Shown here: positions 60,701-64,000 of the stretch, piece by piece
Numbering within the stretch: the stretch's first letter is position 1
Layout: each line of letters opens with the position of its first letter
Assembly: GCA_040954595.2 (NCBI GenBank)
Contig: CM082580.2
Location: 8,658,390-8,722,389 of the forward strand
Length of the DNA: 64,000 nucleotides
From: Balanoglossus misakiensis
Taxonomy: Eukaryota > Animalia > Hemichordata
Direction: 5' to 3'
Program-made: the position numbers and the translations under genes
Notes under the pieces: model-generated
Databases searched by the model: none
Told to the model about the DNA's origin: nothing
The model's input: the letters and a program-made list of their open reading frames with translations, nothing else

Positions 60701-63325
60701 CTGACCATTTATTTTATTTTTCGAATGACGTCCGAATATCTTTTCAGTTGTAACAATAAACTGCCCGTCATTTTTTAGTAACAACACATGATATTTGAGT
60801 GCCAGCAGAAGAGAATTAATTCATGTTCCACACAACTGTGTTCACACAAAGGCAAAATTCACCTTTAACTTTTATGATCTTCTGAAAAAAAGTGACATAA
60901 ATAACTGAGTGGTAATAAAAAAATTACAATATGTGAAAAAAACCCGGATCACAATGCGTTCGCATGCGATAATCACTGATACTTATCGTACATGACGAGT
61001 ATGATAGGGCAGAGGTGTGAAAACTGTCCTTTCAGATGCATCCAACCTGAAAAAAACTTGGCCGTGAAAACAGTGTGAACTACAAAAGTACCACTCACCT
61101 CTTCAAGGGCCCATTACAGCGTAATGACCACAATATACAGCAAAAAAAGAGGATACTTTAGTACCTTCTGACAATTTACACCCATAGTCTCTTCAGCCAT
61201 CATCATCATCGCATTGTGTTATTTCCTGCCATGGAAAATTTTCTTTTCATGGTAACCGCAACATTAGACGAGATCAGACCAGCATTGAGAATGGCGGCGA
61301 ATCACCTTTCACATTCAACAATAGAGTATATAATCCCTGACACCTGCTTGATTGCAGTTTCCCTATTAGACATCCTGGCTGTATTAAACGGATCTCTTCC
61401 CGGCCATCAGAATCTTGACACCTGTTAAACACTAGCTGTGAAGAGGACCACTGATTTGTATCAACTTTGGCCTTCAATACCAATATAGCCAAGGACTGAT
61501 CCCAATCTTTTCAATAAACAGAATTCACTGTCTGTTTATTCAACCGCTTTAAATAATTCACCTAAACGTATTTCCCCATTTTCACTGAAAATTTCATTCT
61601 CTTTTTTCCCCTGTAGTGATTTTATATCCACAGACTATTCAACTTATTTTAATTCAGCTGATCCAAACTATCAACTAAAATTTCTACTCCTTTGGAACTC
61701 ATCACTTGTACATGTAACACCGGCAATGATGGACAAGACTTCTTTTTAAACTGCAAATTGGTGAAAATTAAGAATCTTAATTTTCATCACGCATGTTGAC
61801 TGATGACATTTCCAGGCTGAACCACACTATTGGACAGTTATGCACTCCAGCTACAATTACCATAGCAATAATCTCTATAGCAACAGATACTGCGACCATA
61901 GTAACAGCCTCTATGGCATAAAAGTACATAACATCAGTGTCACTCTGAACTAACGAACACGTACACACACATGTGTTGGGGGGAAGCTTAAAGGTTTACC
62001 TTTCGAAATTCTGAAATAATTCATCATCTTAGGAGAAGAGCTGCAAGCTGAAGCTGATGAGGGTTCCCCAGAGAAACACAGGGCCAAAACAGGTAATTAC
62101 AAAGGCTATCTCCAAAAGCTTTAAAACGAGAAACACTGTTGCCGTGCCTGGGAGAAGAGGGGATTAAATACACGACCGAATCATCGAGCTGCGCCACTCG
62201 CTTAATGCCAACGTCAATTTTTATAATTCACTTTGTTGAGAGCAACACCTGTGGGAACAGGCAGCTAATTCAAATCTGAACGAGGAACATGTACGTGTAT
62301 AATATTGACGTCAATTTCAGTGTTAAAGAAGTACAGAGAACCCGGAATGCTTTCACAGATGAATTTTCACTTGGGCAATTATATTCACAAAGCATGTTGA
62401 TACCATGTTTGTCTCTGTTAAGCTTATCACATCTTCATTTTTTTATACTTTTAATGATTCCTGTATTTCACAGCAGATTCACACTGGAAACTTGAGAACC
62501 ACAGTATCTGCCTTGCGCTGGATGACAGGGAACACAATTTCCATTTGTCCGAGTCAGAAACCCCCGCCATACAAACCGCAACCACTTACGGTGATGTCAC
62601 ATTTTGACATTCTCGACATCAGACTCAATCTTGTCTCATTACAGCGAGTACACAATTCGCAGAAGTCTATGAATAACTTTATTGCTCAGATGCATATAAC
62701 GGGCATGCCTCATTAGTCCTCGTTAGTTTCAGAAGCTCTGAATGATTGAATAATATTCATTTCACTCTATATAAAAATACATTCAGCAACCCTCTTCCCC
62801 CCACTAGAATTCCATTATTAAGCTGCCAATTTTCAGTTTTTCAAAATTCCTTTCTAAAAGTCCGACTGCAGAAAAGCAGACCTAGGCTCACACAGATCCA
62901 TGTACTTTTACAGCCAGTCACACAAACCAATGAAGGTACGACGTGTACTTTCGTCCTGCCCTCAGGAGATGTTGCAAAATGTGACTTTCTAATGAGATTA
63001 GAGACTAAAAATACATCCTGACAAGCCGCACATGGGTAAATTGCGTTTATAACAAAAGGTAACTTCCAATTTAGAAATCAATGCAATGATTTTGGCTCTT
63101 CTGTAAAATGCAGCATTTAGGGATGGGGGGGGGGGGGGGGCACTCTTGATAAAAGAATCAGATAGGACAATCTGAACCCAAAGAATCGTGGGACCTGTCA
63201 ATCAATGACATCTGAATACACGATAAATGCTGTACATGTAGTACTGTAATTGTAAAATTGATTCTATCCTGTCAAAGTTTTTTTTCCTAATTGTTAGATA
63301 TTACTGAATTAACCAACATGTATAA

Positions 63326-63398
63326 GTCTTTGTGGCCTAGTGGTCAGGGTACTGGACTTGCAATCAGGGGGTTCTGGGTTCAATTCCCAGACCAGGAC
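63326..63398 (+). mobile_element. tRNA-derived SINE head or tRNA pseudogene
   Basis: Pol III A box TGGCCTAGTGG (63333-63343), B box GGTTCAATTCC, perfect T-stem CTGGG/CCCAG, loop CTTGCAA. Acceptor, D and anticodon stems have mismatches and there is an extra base after the T-arm, so not called a functional tRNA. Confidence 0.7.
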
Positions 63399-63468
63399 AT
63401 GATTGGGATTAAATACCTGAGGGTTTTTTTTTTTACTTCTCATGAATATTTTATTAATTTTTTTTTAA

Positions 63469-63809
63469 AGGGACAAAGCCTCTCTCTCGCTGCCTTTTTT
63501 CCCATTAATTATGTTTGATACAAGACACCATTTATTTTATTCCATATGTGGATATATAGTGAATCAACATTCGATCGCATACAACTTCCATCCCGTCTGT
63601 AGAAAGTAAAAATCTCGCAAAATGAATAAACGATAGAGACTGATTATTCATTTTGGCGACTTTTCACTCTCGTGTCTACGAGCGGGATGGAAGGTGTGTA
63701 TGGTCGAGCATTGATTCACAATATATCCACATGTAGAATAACATAAACGGTGTCTTGTATCAAACATAATTAATGGAAAAAAGGGCAGCGAGAGAGAGAC
63801 TTTGTCCCT
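63469..63809. mobile_element. Palindromic (foldback) MITE with TTAA-AGGG termini, Kolobok/T2-like
   Basis: TTAA-AGGGACAAAGCCTCTCTCTCGCTGCC.. and ..GGCAGCGAGAGAGAGACTTTGTCCCT-TTAA. The outer ~60 bp are near-perfect inverted repeats and imperfect pairing continues to a short loop near 63630-63643. Confidence 0.88.
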
Positions 63810-64000
63810 TTAAACCTCTCGGGTGAAAAACAAGATTTCAGACTCAATCATTACGTGCGCTTTGTCGTGATACTTGTGGTGATCCCTAACCTTACTTTGC
63901 ATTGTAATGTAACCATATTACCATTTCCAGACTGTAGCTGTCAATAAAGATCTTTTTCTGGTACTTCTTTTGCTCTTTGTATTAAATGAAGTTTCTTCTT

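Larger units (their letters stand above)
36301..64000 (-). other. Probable very large intron (>=27.7 kb) of the adenylyl cyclase gene
   Basis: Exon 36300-36151 starts at a ttgcag acceptor in phase 0 with no start codon. No exon encoding the N-terminus or the earlier TM helices was recognised upstream, and no convincing protein similarity in any ORF of this region. A small divergent exon could have been missed. Confidence 0.7.

Noticed and set aside
61777-61968. Hydrophobic ORF on the - strand as a missing transmembrane exon of the cyclase
   Set aside because: Hydrophobicity derives from repeated CATAGCAA-like words; no similarity to AC first-cassette helices and no compatible splice sites identified.
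63326-63398. Functional tRNA-Ala(TGC) gene
   Set aside because: Mismatches in acceptor, D and anticodon stems and an extra base after the T-arm; more consistent with a SINE head or pseudogene.

Overview
Eukaryotic (animal, probably marine invertebrate) genomic DNA, AT-rich and intron-rich; almost all ORFs in the six-frame track are exon fragments or noise. Two gene systems can be reconstructed by hand from GT-AG splice sites. (1) At 1-9.7 kb on the + strand, a compact head-to-tail array of at least four paralogous 7-exon genes (three complete, one represented by its last two exons). They encode ~245-265 aa type-I membrane proteins of the cation-dependent mannose-6-phosphate receptor / ATG27 (MRH-domain, P-type lectin) family. 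(2) At 14.7-36.3 kb on the - strand, 17 exons (880 codons including the stop) of a membrane adenylyl cyclase of the type 5/6 group; its 5' exon(s) were not found, so 36.3-64 kb appears to be one very large intron. The non-coding DNA holds several TTAA-flanked MITEs, a tRNA-derived SINE-like head, decayed LINE fragments and microsatellites. Most interesting: the diversified lectin-receptor array (invariant Q-R-E-Y sugar-binding residues, variable pocket loops, 9 luminal Cys, short YxxI-terminated tail lacking the DxxLL signal, shared promoter motifs), and a Ser-to-Tyr change in the cyclase forskolin pocket. All coordinates were counted by eye, and comparisons to mammalian proteins are from memory, not from a search.
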